A DNA stretch of 63,953 nt, filler included. It is 4 parts of 4 records of this genome, joined end to end, with 100 filler letters (N's around TTAATTAATTAA, not from the genome) between each part and the next. Parts side by side here need not be neighbours in the genome. Positions count along the whole stretch, not along the records: positions 48,363 to 63,953 come from SRR31156797_7304; 3 more parts are not named here. One strand, given 5' to 3'. Positions 49,431 to 59,606 of this stretch are shown here, piece by piece; the stretch's first letter is position 1, and every line of letters begins with the position of its first letter. The notes under the pieces are model-generated. The model was not told where the DNA came from and did not search any database. It saw only the letters and a list, made by a program, of their open reading frames with translations. Made by a program: the position numbers and the translations under genes.

Positions 49431-51386
49431 ATGAAGTTTCTGCTGGTTGTGCCGCGATTCGTCCGCAGTGCGGGCGATCCCTACATGTTTCCACTCGGTT
49501 TGGCCTATATCGCGGCGGCCCTGAAACAGCAAGCGCACGACGTTTACTGCCTGAACCTCAACCACGACTATCGTCCGATCAGCGATATAATTGCTGAAGC
49601 CGTGGATGATTTCGACCCGGATGCCTGCGGCACCGGTACGCTTTCGACACTGTTTCGGCACGCCGAAGAAGTCTTTGATGCCGTGCGCGCAAGCAAGCCG
49701 GATATCATCAACATTGCCGGTGGCGGCATGATCAGTTCGTCCCCCTCGATCGCCGGGCAGGTCCTGGACTTCGATTATGGCGTTATCGGCGAGGGGGAAG
49801 ACAGCATTGTGGAACTGGCCGATGCATTGTCGTGCGGCTCCGACCCGAGCCGCGTAACCGGCCTTGCCATTCGCGAAGGTGACGGCGACATCAGGCTGAC
49901 CATGCCGCGCGACCCGATCCGCGATCTGGACGCCCTGCCCTGGCCAGACTACGACGCTTTCGGGATCGATCAATGGTTTGCGCTCGAACGCGAACAAAAA
50001 ATGACAATGATTTCGAGCCGTTCCTGCCCGTTTTCCTGTTCATTCTGCTTCCATCCATCGGGTCGAACCTATCGTTCACGCAGTCTTGACGGTTTTTTCG
50101 CCGAGTTTGACCAACTTTACCGAAAACATGACATTAAAACCCTGCAGCTTAACGACGAGTTGTTCTCCGTTCGCAAGGATCGCATTCTCGAATTCTGCGA
50201 CAGAATCCGCCCCTACGGCGTAGAGTGGCTGGTCTCGCTACACGTCAAATCCGTTGACGCGGAAACCCTTGCCGCCATGAAGACATCCGGATGCATCGAA
50301 ATCGGCTATGGGGTTGAAAGCGCAAATGAAGACGTGCTCCGGAGCATGCGCAAGAAGGCGACACGTGCCGAAATCGACCGCGCCCTCCGGATGACCTACG
50401 AAAACCGCATCGGTATCCAGGCAAACCTCATCTTCGGCGATCCGGTCGAAACAATTGAAACGGCAAACGATTCTTTGGATTGGTGGGCGCAAAACCGGGA
50501 ACTTCAGATCAATCTGATTCTGCTCAAGGTTTATCCGGGATCGCGTATTTTCGATGAAGCGGTTGCCGAGGGCCGCATAACCGATGGTGCGGCACAACTA
50601 CTCAATCCAGGGCGTAATTTCTCGAAAATCGACGACGTAACCCATAATGCCTTGGCCACTCGTCTGATGGCGTTCAACGAAACCCTATTGATGCCGGCCA
50701 AAGTCCTGGGCTTCGAGCGCGGCCCCACGGCCCATCCATTGCACGGAGCCATGTACGACTTCGACTGGATATGCCCGCGATGCAATACGGTCAATGAAGT
50801 CCGGCAGTTCCCGATCAATGATCCGTGGTTATTCCAGAATATCCGCATACCATGTATTGAATGCAAAAGCCGGTTCGACATCCAGAACCTTGCCCGCCCC
50901 CCCTGGATTGAGCCGGAGGCCGAGGCCCAATACGAAAAGGCCGTTGCGCTTCGCGATGCCGGACAAATCGCCGACGCCGTCGATATCTATAAGGAAGTCC
51001 TTGGCACGCCCGGCACAAGCATCAACTACAATCGGCCGGATGCCGTCGCGAAGGCCGCCTACGACTTGGGTGTTTTGATCCTGGATCATGGCGGCAACCC
51101 GAAGGCTGCGGTATCGCCTCTGACCGGTGCGGTACTATTGCGCGCCTACGATCCCATGCGCCATTTCGCGCTCGGACGCGCCTTGTTGGCCGAAGGATCG
51201 CCCGGTGCGGCGAAGTTGCATTTCCAGCAAGTCCTGAGACTGCTGTCCATCGCCGATGTGGCCGACGTAGCGACGATCGCGGCCGTCGAACAACTCATCG
51301 CGTCAATCCCCGAAATCGATCCGCTTTCGGGCTATTTCAATCGTTTATCGGTCGAAGCACCACTCGTCCAGGTCGCCAATGCCTAG
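49431..51386 (+). CDS. Cobalamin-binding radical SAM protein with C-terminal CxxC/CxxC and TPR-like region
   Basis: PLGLAYIAA, GEGE, SRSCPFSCSFC, GVES, CPRC...CIEC, helical TPR-like tail. Confidence 0.9.
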   Translation: MKFLLVVPRFVRSAGDPYMFPLGLAYIAAALKQQAHDVYCLNLNHDYRPISDIIAEAVDDFDPDACGTGTLSTLFRHAEEVFDAVRASKPDIINIAGGGMISSSPSIAGQVLDFDYGVIGEGEDSIVELADALSCGSDPSRVTGLAIREGDGDIRLTMPRDPIRDLDALPWPDYDAFGIDQWFALEREQKMTMISSRSCPFSCSFCFHPSGRTYRSRSLDGFFAEFDQLYRKHDIKTLQLNDELFSVRKDRILEFCDRIRPYGVEWLVSLHVKSVDAETLAAMKTSGCIEIGYGVESANEDVLRSMRKKATRAEIDRALRMTYENRIGIQANLIFGDPVETIETANDSLDWWAQNRELQINLILLKVYPGSRIFDEAVAEGRITDGAAQLLNPGRNFSKIDDVTHNALATRLMAFNETLLMPAKVLGFERGPTAHPLHGAMYDFDWICPRCNTVNEVRQFPINDPWLFQNIRIPCIECKSRFDIQNLARPPWIEPEAEAQYEKAVALRDAGQIADAVDIYKEVLGTPGTSINYNRPDAVAKAAYDLGVLILDHGGNPKAAVSPLTGAVLLRAYDPMRHFALGRALLAEGSPGAAKLHFQQVLRLLSIADVADVATIAAVEQLIASIPEIDPLSGYFNRLSVEAPLVQVANA

Positions 51387-51486
51387 GCATATCGAACCAG
51401 CGTTTTCCGGATGGCCAATTTTGTTATGGTCGCAACGGCCCCAAAGGCTACTCGGGAAGTGTGGCTTCGGATAAAGGAGATATTCC

Positions 51487-52227
51487 GTGTTCCTGTGCTC
51501 ATGCACCCGAATGCAATTGCTGTCAGTGCTACCCAAAAACGGAATTGTCGCCGAGATCGGCACAGCCGAGGGTGAATTCGCGCGTGCAATTGACGAATCG
51601 ACGACGCCCAGCATGCTGCATTTGATAGATCCATGGGAGCATCAGACCGAGGGCGACTACGTCCCCGATCTCAACAATGTCGATGCTGAGACACAGGAGC
51701 GCCGGTACCGCGGAGTTCTGGCCGAGTTCACCACTGGGATTGCGGCCGGGCGGGTCGTCGTTCATCGGCAGTATTCGGTCGATGCCGTCTCGGGCTTCGC
51801 TGACGGCCTGTTCGATTTCGTCTATATCGACGGCGATCATTCCTTTAACGGAGCATACGGTGATCTGACCGCCTTCGCCCCAAAAATCAAACCGGACGGC
51901 TTTCTGGTCGGTCACGACTACACCAACAATTCCTTGGCGCGCAGACAGGGCGTCGACACCATTACCGCCGTCAACAAGTTCGTCTCGGAAACCGATTTCG
52001 ATCTCATTTTGATCACCTTGGAGAAATTCCCCAGCTATGTTCTGGCGCGGCCCTGCCCTCAAACATCACAGTTGGTTGCGGGGTTGCTTTATTGCGGCGT
52101 AGTTGTTGCGGAGTTCGACGGTTTTCCGGCGACCGGTTCTTTTGTCCACAAGGAATACGCCGTCGGTGATCGAACCGGGTTTGTTCCAACCTTCCGGACA
52201 ACGCCCACGGCTGAATCAGACACTTAG
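51487..52227 (+). CDS. Class I SAM methyltransferase (Methyltransf_24-like)
   Basis: AEIGT..G, LIDPW, DFVYIDGDH, GHDY; AAGGAG RBS. Confidence 0.88.
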   Translation: MFLCSCTRMQLLSVLPKNGIVAEIGTAEGEFARAIDESTTPSMLHLIDPWEHQTEGDYVPDLNNVDAETQERRYRGVLAEFTTGIAAGRVVVHRQYSVDAVSGFADGLFDFVYIDGDHSFNGAYGDLTAFAPKIKPDGFLVGHDYTNNSLARRQGVDTITAVNKFVSETDFDLILITLEKFPSYVLARPCPQTSQLVAGLLYCGVVVAEFDGFPATGSFVHKEYAVGDRTGFVPTFRTTPTAESDT

Positions 52228-52554
52228 ATATGATCGGTGAGTGAATGCTGCTTCTCGTCATTTGTTCGTATTGATGAGGAAAACGGCTTCCCGGTGCACA
52301 TCTTCGTCCGAGCCGACTCACCGAAATCGCGGGCCAACAAAGACTCGAAACCATCGTCGGCCTCGCCCAGCCGCAGCCTGCGGAATGTCCAGTGAGGGCA
52401 GAATTTTTGCCGCCTGTTCGGCCGGTACGCCCATGCGTTGCGCCCAAAATCCACGCGACAGCAATAGAACCCGAATTGACGCCTGGAAATTTGGCGATCG
52501 GGCCGGCGAAAACAAACGGGATTTGGTTGCCGGCAAACGGCGAGGACGCTTCGC

Positions 52555-53388
52555 TTATTTCAGGCCGCCGGAAAAACCCCGGGTCAGGGCCTTCTGCACC
52601 GTCCCGACCAGGGCCAGGATCGGCAGGGAAGCCAAAAAGCCGATGGCGGCGAGACGGCCCCAGAAGGTTTCGTCCTCGGTGATCAGGGTGGCGATGTAGG
52701 TGGGAAGCGTGAACTTCGACGGCGTCTGCACGAACAACAGCGCATAGACGAATTCGTTCCAGCTGAGGATCATCAGGAAGACACCGGTGGCGACCAGGCC
52801 GGGCCGCATGACCGGCACGACGACCAGCCGCAACCGCTGATACAGCGTCGCGCCGTCGATCAGGGCGGCTTCCTCGAAGCTGATCGGCACGTCACGGACA
52901 AAACCGAGCAGCATCCAGATGGCGAACGGCAGGGTGTAGACCTGATAGACCAGGATCAGGCCGGGCAGCGTATCGAGCAGGCCGAAGGCACGCAGTACCT
53001 GATAAAGCGGAATGGCGAGCACGATCGGCGGCGCCAACTTGATGACGAGGACGAAAAGCAGGAATCCGGTATCCATGCGTTTCGGCAGCTTCAGGCGGAC
53101 CAGGGCGTAGGCCGCCGGGAATCCGGCCAGCAATGCAACCGCGGTGGCGCCCGAGGCGACGATCAGGCTGTTCAGCACCTTGCCGAAGATGTCGTCCTCG
53201 ATCAGTTGGCGGTAATGGGCCAGGGTCACCGCGTTGGGCAGCAGGTCGACGGTTTTCGAGACGTATTCGATCGGCGGTTTGACCGAGGTGCCGACCATCC
53301 AGACGATCGGCAGCAGCATGATCGCCGTGACGCCGTAGATCAGCGCCCGATTGGATGCGTTGCGCAACGTCAGCCAGTCACGCCACAT
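52555..53388 (-). CDS. Carbohydrate ABC transporter permease (MalG-like)
   Basis: EEAALIDGA EAA loop, SWNEF, TLP. Confidence 0.92.
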   Translation of the reverse strand: MWRDWLTLRNASNRALIYGVTAIMLLPIVWMVGTSVKPPIEYVSKTVDLLPNAVTLAHYRQLIEDDIFGKVLNSLIVASGATAVALLAGFPAAYALVRLKLPKRMDTGFLLFVLVIKLAPPIVLAIPLYQVLRAFGLLDTLPGLILVYQVYTLPFAIWMLLGFVRDVPISFEEAALIDGATLYQRLRLVVVPVMRPGLVATGVFLMILSWNEFVYALLFVQTPSKFTLPTYIATLITEDETFWGRLAAIGFLASLPILALVGTVQKALTRGFSGGLK

Positions 53389-54250
53389 CGGAATGCCCCT
53401 TCATGATGTTGCGGGCATAGACGTAGGCCAGCAGCCCGGCGACGACGATCATGACGACGGCGGAAGCCGAGGCCATGCCGACGTCAAAGAACTGGAAGCC
53501 CAGGCGGTAGACGTACATGGACAGGGTCTCGGTCGCCTGCCCGGGGCCGCCGCCGGTCAGCGCATAGACCTTGTCGAAGATCTTGAAGCTGTCGATGCTG
53601 CGCAGCAGCGCGGCGAGCAGGATGTGGGGTTTCAACAGCGGCAGGGTGACGTAGAGCAGCATCTGGCGCGGCGTCGCGCCGTCAAGGCGGGCCGCCTCGT
53701 AGACCTCCGGCTGGATCGCCTGCAGGCCGGCCAGCAGGATCAGAAAAGTCAGCGGCGCGGTCTGCCAGAGATCGACCAGGACCAGCGACAGCATCGCCAG
53801 GTCGGGATCGAACAGCCATTCGACCGGCGGCAGCGCGAGCGCCCGAAGCACGTTGTTGAGGAAACCGAAATCGTAGTGGAACCAGGCGCTCCAGACGGCG
53901 GTAACGACCATGGTCGACAGCACGAAGGGCGCGATCAGGCTGGGAATGACGATCCAGCGACCCGGGAAGTTGCGATTGACCATGAGGGCCAGCAGCAGGC
54001 CGAGGCCGACCTCGCTGATCGTCGCCATCAGGGTGAAAAAGATGGTGTTCCAGGTGGCCCGGCGAAAAAACGAATCGCCGAACAGATCGGAAAAGTTCTC
54101 GAGGCCGACGAAGACGGCGCCCTCGAACCCGTAGTCGGTGATGAAAAAGGACAGGATCAGCCCGCGACCCAACGGATACAGGGTGAGCAGCGCGAACAGG
54201 GCCGCCGCCGGCGCCAGAAGCAGGAGGGAGGTGAAGCGCGAACCCTGCAT
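53378..54250 (-). CDS. Carbohydrate ABC transporter permease (MalF-like)
   Basis: FVGLENF, YEAARLDGA, LTGGGPG..TE. Confidence 0.92.
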   Translation of the reverse strand: MQGSRFTSLLLLAPAAALFALLTLYPLGRGLILSFFITDYGFEGAVFVGLENFSDLFGDSFFRRATWNTIFFTLMATISEVGLGLLLALMVNRNFPGRWIVIPSLIAPFVLSTMVVTAVWSAWFHYDFGFLNNVLRALALPPVEWLFDPDLAMLSLVLVDLWQTAPLTFLILLAGLQAIQPEVYEAARLDGATPRQMLLYVTLPLLKPHILLAALLRSIDSFKIFDKVYALTGGGPGQATETLSMYVYRLGFQFFDVGMASASAVVMIVVAGLLAYVYARNIMKGHSDVA

Positions 54251-54281
54251 GATCTTTTGATCCTAACCGAAGATACGGCAA

Positions 54282-54318
54282 AGGGGATACGGAAGGCATA
54301 CGCCCTTCCGTACCCCCT
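54282..54318. promoter_or_regulatory. Stem-loop between SBP and permease genes (mRNA stabiliser or attenuator)
   Basis: AGGGGATACGGAAGG...CCTTCCGTACCCCCT imperfect inverted repeat. Confidence 0.6.
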
Positions 54319-54333
54319 GCGCGTTTTACGCCC

Positions 54334-55569
54334 CTAGCGTTTCAGCGCGCGTTCGATCTTGCCGTTGGCTTCCATCAGGGCCGCTTTCGGCTCCATCTGA
54401 CCGGTCAGGGCCAGTTGCAGATAGTCGCCGAGGATGGCTTCGACCTTGCTCCACTGGGTGATCCGGGGACGCGGCTGGGCGTTCTGCAGGGCCGCAACCT
54501 GGGCCGGATACCAGCGGTATTTGGCAATCACCTCGGCATCCTTGTAGACACTGGCGCGGGTCGGCGGGATGCCGATTTCCAGGGCCAGCTTCTTCTGGAC
54601 CTCGGCCGAGGTCAGGAAGTCGATGAAATCGCGGCCGCCGGCGGCGTTTTTGGCATCGGCCGGAACGGCGAGAAGCCAGGACCCCAGCATCGGCGCCGGA
54701 CCCTGCACCTGGCCGGGCGCGGCCATGATTTCGATCAGGCCGGGCACCTTCGATTTCGCCGGGTCGTCCAGGGACGGCGCCCAGGACGGCCACAGTTCGA
54801 TGGTCATCGCCGTGGTGCCCTGCATCAGGGCGTCGCGGACTTCGGTCGAGTTGTAGGTCTCGATGCCCTTCGGCGTATATTTTTTCAGCTCGAGATAAAG
54901 GTTGAGGGCATCCAGCGCCGCATCGGTGTGCAGGTACGGCTTGCCGTCGGTGCCGACGACGCGGGCGCCGTGGGCCCACAGGATGGGCAGGAAGCCGGTG
55001 ACGATGGGATTGGCTTTTTTGCCCCGGAATACGGCGCCGGAAACGCCCGGTTCCTTGGTGCTGATGGTCTTCGCCGCTTCCAGCACCTCGGTCCAGCTGG
55101 CCGGACGGCCGAGGCCGTACTTGTCGAACAGATCCTTGCGATAGGCAAACAGTTCGACATTGCCGACAAAGGGCACGGCATAGAACGGACCGGTACCGAC
55201 CGGATAGCGCGACACGTCGCGGGCCGGTTTGACGAAGTCCTCGTCGACGCCGCCGCCGAGTTTGTCGAGATCGGCCAGCCAGCCGTTGGCCATGAATTCG
55301 ACGGCCCAGGGGTCGTCGAGCATGATGACGTCATAGGCGCCGGCTTTTTCGCGCATGGCAATGGTGACTTTTTCGAACAGGCCGCCGCCGGTCAGTTCCA
55401 GGCGCTCGACCTCGAGGCCGGGGGTCTTCGCCTTATACATCTCAACGGCCAGTTTAAGGGCCTTGCCGTAACCGCCGTCACGACCGGCGATCACCAGTTT
55501 GTCAGCCTTCGCCGACGCGGCCGCGACAAGTACGGCTCCCGTCAGCAGCGCAGCAACAAATTTCTTCAT
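54334..55569 (-). CDS. Carbohydrate-type ABC solute-binding protein
   Basis: Signal peptide (ends AKA); YDVI..D.PW, AYRKDLF..YGL..P.SW.E. Confidence 0.92.
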   Translation of the reverse strand: MKKFVAALLTGAVLVAAASAKADKLVIAGRDGGYGKALKLAVEMYKAKTPGLEVERLELTGGGLFEKVTIAMREKAGAYDVIMLDDPWAVEFMANGWLADLDKLGGGVDEDFVKPARDVSRYPVGTGPFYAVPFVGNVELFAYRKDLFDKYGLGRPASWTEVLEAAKTISTKEPGVSGAVFRGKKANPIVTGFLPILWAHGARVVGTDGKPYLHTDAALDALNLYLELKKYTPKGIETYNSTEVRDALMQGTTAMTIELWPSWAPSLDDPAKSKVPGLIEIMAAPGQVQGPAPMLGSWLLAVPADAKNAAGGRDFIDFLTSAEVQKKLALEIGIPPTRASVYKDAEVIAKYRWYPAQVAALQNAQPRPRITQWSKVEAILGDYLQLALTGQMEPKAALMEANGKIERALKR

Positions 55570-55691
55570 AGCGGGATCTCCCCTTCTCCAAATTGACTTC
55601 GTAAGGACGCCGATGGGCGTCGGAAACCAACTATGTTCGATACGACTGTATGCTCTCCCTAGGAACCGCGCCGCGGTTCGATCGATGTCGT

Positions 55692-55705
55692 TGCAAACGT
55701 TTGCA
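55692..55705. promoter_or_regulatory. LacI-family operator 1
   Basis: Perfect palindrome TGCAAACGTTTGCA with central CG. Confidence 0.85.
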
Positions 55706-55782
55706 TTCTGATTGTCGAATGCCGCCGTTACAAATGACTCTTTTTTTAAATAAAGTGTTTATGACATTTAAATGACTGTCAA

Positions 55783-55796
55783 CGAAAACGTTTGCA
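55783..55796. promoter_or_regulatory. LacI-family operator 2
   Basis: CGAAAACGTTTGCA, 12/14 identical to operator 1. Confidence 0.75.
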
Positions 55797-55825
55797 AAAT
55801 TTTCCACCTCTTCGATAATGCGGTC

Positions 55826-56842
55826 ATGCGCCGGATCACCATCAAGGACGTTGCCAGGGAAGCGGGGGTGTCGCCGTCCGCCGTCTCGCGCGTGTTTACG
55901 GAAGGCGGCAGCGCAAGCGCCAAGACCCGCGAAAAGGTGTTGGCCGCCGCCGACGAAATGGGCTACCGGCCGTCGTTGCTGGCGCGCGGACTGGTCGGCA
56001 ACCGGACCAACCTGATTACCCTGGTGACCGGACACACGGCGGATCCGTTCGATGCCCTGTTTCTCGACCGGTTCGCCCAGGCCCTGGCGGCGCGCGGCAT
56101 CCGATTGCTGCTGACGTCCGCCGTCTCGAACCGGCCCGGCGACAGCGGCCTTCTGCAGGCGCTGGATTATCAATCGGACGCCGTTGTGATTGCCGCCGGC
56201 ACCATGTCGCTGGAACATTCTGCACTGTGCGTCAGGACCGGCATGCCGGTCATCCTGGCCGGCCGCGTGCTCGATGCGCCCGGCGTCGACAATGTTTTGG
56301 CCGACAATGTCGGTGGCGGAACCCAGGCGGCCGAGCTTCTGATCCGCACCGGGTGTCGACGACTGGCCTATCTGGGGCGTGGCGGTTCGACCTTTTCCGA
56401 CCGCGAACGGTTCGAAGGATTCGCCGTTGCCGCCCACCGGGCCGGGCTTGAGGTGACCGAGCAGGTGTCCGAACGGGAGGATGCCGCCGCTTTCCGGGCG
56501 GCCACCGACCTGATGTCAGGACCGGCGCGCCCGGACGGGATTTTTTGCAGCGCCGACGGCCTCGCCGTTCATACGATCGAGGCGGCCCGCGGGCTCGGAC
56601 TGTCGGTCCCCGAGGACGTTTCGATCATCGGCTTCAACAACATCCCGACGGCGGCCTGGCGCAGTTACCGCCTGACGACGTTCGACTATCCGGTCGAAAG
56701 CGTCGTCTCCGGAATTTTCGATCTGCTCGACAGCCGTTTGAAGAACCCCGGGCGGGCCAATGAAACCCGGCGCATCCCGACCAACCTGGTTCTGCGCGCA
56801 ACGACACGGGAAAAGCCGCCACAGGGCCCGGTCTCGCCATGA
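55826..56842 (+). CDS. LacI-family transcriptional regulator
   Basis: TIKDVAREAGVS.SAVSRV HTH, YRPS.LARGL, VPEDVSIIGF; start at ATG 55826. Confidence 0.95.
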   Translation: MRRITIKDVAREAGVSPSAVSRVFTEGGSASAKTREKVLAAADEMGYRPSLLARGLVGNRTNLITLVTGHTADPFDALFLDRFAQALAARGIRLLLTSAVSNRPGDSGLLQALDYQSDAVVIAAGTMSLEHSALCVRTGMPVILAGRVLDAPGVDNVLADNVGGGTQAAELLIRTGCRRLAYLGRGGSTFSDRERFEGFAVAAHRAGLEVTEQVSEREDAAAFRAATDLMSGPARPDGIFCSADGLAVHTIEAARGLGLSVPEDVSIIGFNNIPTAAWRSYRLTTFDYPVESVVSGIFDLLDSRLKNPGRANETRRIPTNLVLRATTREKPPQGPVSP

Positions 56843-57621
56843 AGCTGGTTCTTTTCAGCGATCTGCATTTGACGGTCGATGCCGAGGTCTACGGCCGCTC
56901 GCCATTGAGGTGCCTGCAACAGGCCATCGACCATGTCCGCGTCCATCATGCCGATGCCGATTTGTGCCTGCTGATGGGCGATCTGGCCAATCAGGGCCGC
57001 GAGGACGAATACCGGGCACTCGAGACCCATCTGCGGTCCCTGCCGATGCGGCACTCATTTATGATGGGCAATCACGACGACCGGGCGAATTTCCGCGCCA
57101 CCTTCGGGACCGGCGGCACCGACGCGACCAATTTCGTTCAACAGACGATCGATATCGGCAATTTCCGCTGCGTCCTGCTCGATACCCTCGAACCCGGCTC
57201 GTCCGAAGGAAGCCTCGGTGAAGGCCGCCTGCAATGGCTGTCGTCGGTGCTGGCGGCGGCCGATCGTGAATGCCTGGTCTTCCTGCACCACCCGCCGGTA
57301 AAGACCCACCTGCCCGCCTTCGACACCATCGGGCTTCGAGAGCGGACCGCCCTCGCCGCCGTTCTCAAGGAACACAAAGACACCGTCGCCGGGATGTTTT
57401 TCGGCCATTGCCACATGTCGATTTCGGGCACCATCGCCGGGATTCCGGCCTTCGGCATGCGCTCGCTGGTCTCCCAGATGCTGCCGAATATGGCCGACGA
57501 CCGCTTTCTCGGCGCGCCGGAACTGCCGCCCGCCTATGGCTTGGTGATGGCCGAGAACGGCGAATTGACCGTTCACGTCATCGAGTTCGGCTTCGACGAG
57601 CCGGAGGCCGCCACCCAGTAG
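56839..57621 (+). CDS. Calcineurin-like metallophosphodiesterase (CpdA/GpdQ-like)
   Basis: SDLH, GDLA, GNHD, HHPP, GHCH motifs; ATGA overlap with lacI. Confidence 0.9.
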   Translation: MKLVLFSDLHLTVDAEVYGRSPLRCLQQAIDHVRVHHADADLCLLMGDLANQGREDEYRALETHLRSLPMRHSFMMGNHDDRANFRATFGTGGTDATNFVQQTIDIGNFRCVLLDTLEPGSSEGSLGEGRLQWLSSVLAAADRECLVFLHHPPVKTHLPAFDTIGLRERTALAAVLKEHKDTVAGMFFGHCHMSISGTIAGIPAFGMRSLVSQMLPNMADDRFLGAPELPPAYGLVMAENGELTVHVIEFGFDEPEAATQ

Positions 57622-57641
57622 ATCCCGGCCTTTGACGCCAA

Positions 57642-58940
57642 TCACATGGCACCGGGTAGCCACAGGGCTAATTGCGGGAACATTAGCATCAAAACGATCA
57701 GCAACGCCAATGCCGCGATGAAGGGCAGACAGCCCATGATGACGTCGTCGATACGGATGTCGCGTGGCGCCAGCCCCTGTATGACGTAAAGGTTCAGCCC
57801 GACCGGCGGCGTCAGCACCGCGATCTCCATGGTGATCGTATAGATGACGCCGAACCAGATCAGGTCGTAACCCGCCCCGTCGATCAACGGGAACAGGGTC
57901 GGCAAGGTGATGAAGGTCATCGATACCGGTTCCAGGAACATGCCCAGAATAATGTAAAAGGCGATGACCATGGCAAGAACCAGATAGGGGGAAAGTTCCA
58001 GCGCCAGGAACATCTCGGTGAACTGCTGGGGAACCCGGTGAAAGGTCAGAACAAACCCGAAAAGAACCCCGGCCGACAACAGAAGGCCGAGATAGCCCAT
58101 GGTCCGCATGGTTGCCTTCATGGCGTCGAAAAAGCCGGAGAGGCTGAGGTTGCCGACGGTGAAGGCCAGAAAGATGGTCAGGAGCGCCGAGATCGCGGCG
58201 GCTTCGGTCGGCGTGGCGATGCCCGTGTAGATGGCCGCGGTAATGACGAAGCCGATCAAGACGACCGGAAGAACCGCCGAAAGAACCAGGCCGAGCGGCA
58301 GCTTTTCCGAATCTTCGGATGACGGGATATCTTCGGGATGCAGGCGCGACCAGGTAATGACGACGATGACGAATAAGGTTACCAGGATGAGCCCAGGCAC
58401 AGCGCCGGCAATGAAAAGCTCGCCGATCGATTTGTCGGTTACGATGCCGTAGAAAAGCAAAATCAGGCTTGGCGGGATGAGGACGCTGAGCGTTCCGCCG
58501 GCGGCCAAAACGCCGGCCGACAGGCGCTTTCCGTAGCCGAGCTTCAGCATTTCAGGCAGTGCGACGCCGCCGATGGTCAGGGCGCCAACCATGCTTGATC
58601 CGCAGACCGCGCCAAAACCGGCGCAGGCGCCGATGCTGCCATAAGCGGCCGAACCACGGATGCGGACACCGCGATGCATGAATAGATAGAGGTTCGGTCC
58701 GATGTTGGATCGCGCGATCAGTTCGCCGAGGAGCACGAATAGCGGCACGGCGAGCAGGATGTAGTCGACCCAGACGCCCCATAGTTTCAGTTCGGAACTG
58801 ACCAGCGAGGTATGGAAATCCTGAATCGTCCAGAGAAAAGGCAGCGCTGCGGCGGCGAGGGCAAACGGGATCGGCAGACCGATGGAGATAAAAACCATGA
58901 GAAGACAGAACAACCCGATGCCGACGGTATACCACTCCAT
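57642..58940 (-). CDS. dctM: TRAP transporter large permease
   Basis: AVPLF.L.GE, GTL.VLIPPS, TPTEAA, TPPVGLNL. Confidence 0.93.
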   Translation of the reverse strand: MEWYTVGIGLFCLLMVFISIGLPIPFALAAAALPFLWTIQDFHTSLVSSELKLWGVWVDYILLAVPLFVLLGELIARSNIGPNLYLFMHRGVRIRGSAAYGSIGACAGFGAVCGSSMVGALTIGGVALPEMLKLGYGKRLSAGVLAAGGTLSVLIPPSLILLFYGIVTDKSIGELFIAGAVPGLILVTLFVIVVITWSRLHPEDIPSSEDSEKLPLGLVLSAVLPVVLIGFVITAAIYTGIATPTEAAAISALLTIFLAFTVGNLSLSGFFDAMKATMRTMGYLGLLLSAGVLFGFVLTFHRVPQQFTEMFLALELSPYLVLAMVIAFYIILGMFLEPVSMTFITLPTLFPLIDGAGYDLIWFGVIYTITMEIAVLTPPVGLNLYVIQGLAPRDIRIDDVIMGCLPFIAALALLIVLMLMFPQLALWLPGAM

Positions 58941-58943
58941 GGT

Positions 58944-59486
58944 TCATTTCCCCCCGGCCGTAAGGTCCCGAAGGACGATCGCGCGAACCAGTCTCAGGAA
59001 CGTGTAAAGCGAAAAGGAGATCAGGGAGATCGCCACTGGCCCCCAGAAGTAAAAACGCGGCCAGAGCAGGATTTCCGAAGCCGCGCCGGATTCATAGGCC
59101 CGGAAAAAAGCAGCGGTGGCGGCGGTGGAAAAGAACAACCCGATCCCCAGCATGATCGTCATGTTGATGACCGCGAGAACGTATTGAATTTGCGGCGAGA
59201 AGCGTTCGGTAATAAGCGTTACCTTCGGATAGGCGTCCTCGCGCAAGGCGAAGCCGAGACCGGCAAAGGCCACTGGAACCAACAATAGGGCGGTCGCTTC
59301 GGTGACCATGCGATCGGGCTGATTGACGACGTAGCGCATAAAGACGCCGTAGGAAATCCACAGAACCTGCACCAATACGACCGTCGCGGCAATTGCCGTC
59401 AAAGCCATAATGAGCTTGGTGACACCGCGGTAGGTTTTGTCCAAGACATCGATCATGTTTTCATACCGGCAAAGGTTGGACTTCAC
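58944..59486 (-). CDS. dctQ: TRAP transporter small permease
   Basis: 4 TM, V.MRY..N, position between dctP and dctM; start may be about 30 nt downstream. Confidence 0.85.
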   Translation of the reverse strand: MKSNLCRYENMIDVLDKTYRGVTKLIMALTAIAATVVLVQVLWISYGVFMRYVVNQPDRMVTEATALLLVPVAFAGLGFALREDAYPKVTLITERFSPQIQYVLAVINMTIMLGIGLFFSTAATAAFFRAYESGAASEILLWPRFYFWGPVAISLISFSLYTFLRLVRAIVLRDLTAGGK

Positions 59487-59521
59487 GTCTAACAGGCATG
59501 GGAAGCTTTCTCCACAGGAAA

Positions 59522-59554
59522 CGGCCTGCCGGAATCCATTCTTCCGGCAGGCCG
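59522..59554. promoter_or_regulatory. Stem-loop between dctP and dctQ
   Basis: CGGCCTGCCGGAA-N7-TTCCGGCAGGCCG. Confidence 0.65.
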
Positions 59555-59606
59555 GGCCTTAGTGGCGTGATATGCCCCATTGTTCACGCCTGGCTATCAG
59601 GATGAC

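Noticed and set aside
52237-52395. Short GTG-started ORF and other small ORFs after the methyltransferase
   Set aside because: No convincing RBS or recognisable motif; cannot be supported
53351-55596. Long plus-strand ORFs (328 aa and 393 aa) and similar ones in the high-GC segment
   Set aside because: Antisense shadows of well-supported ABC genes, expected with high-GC codon bias
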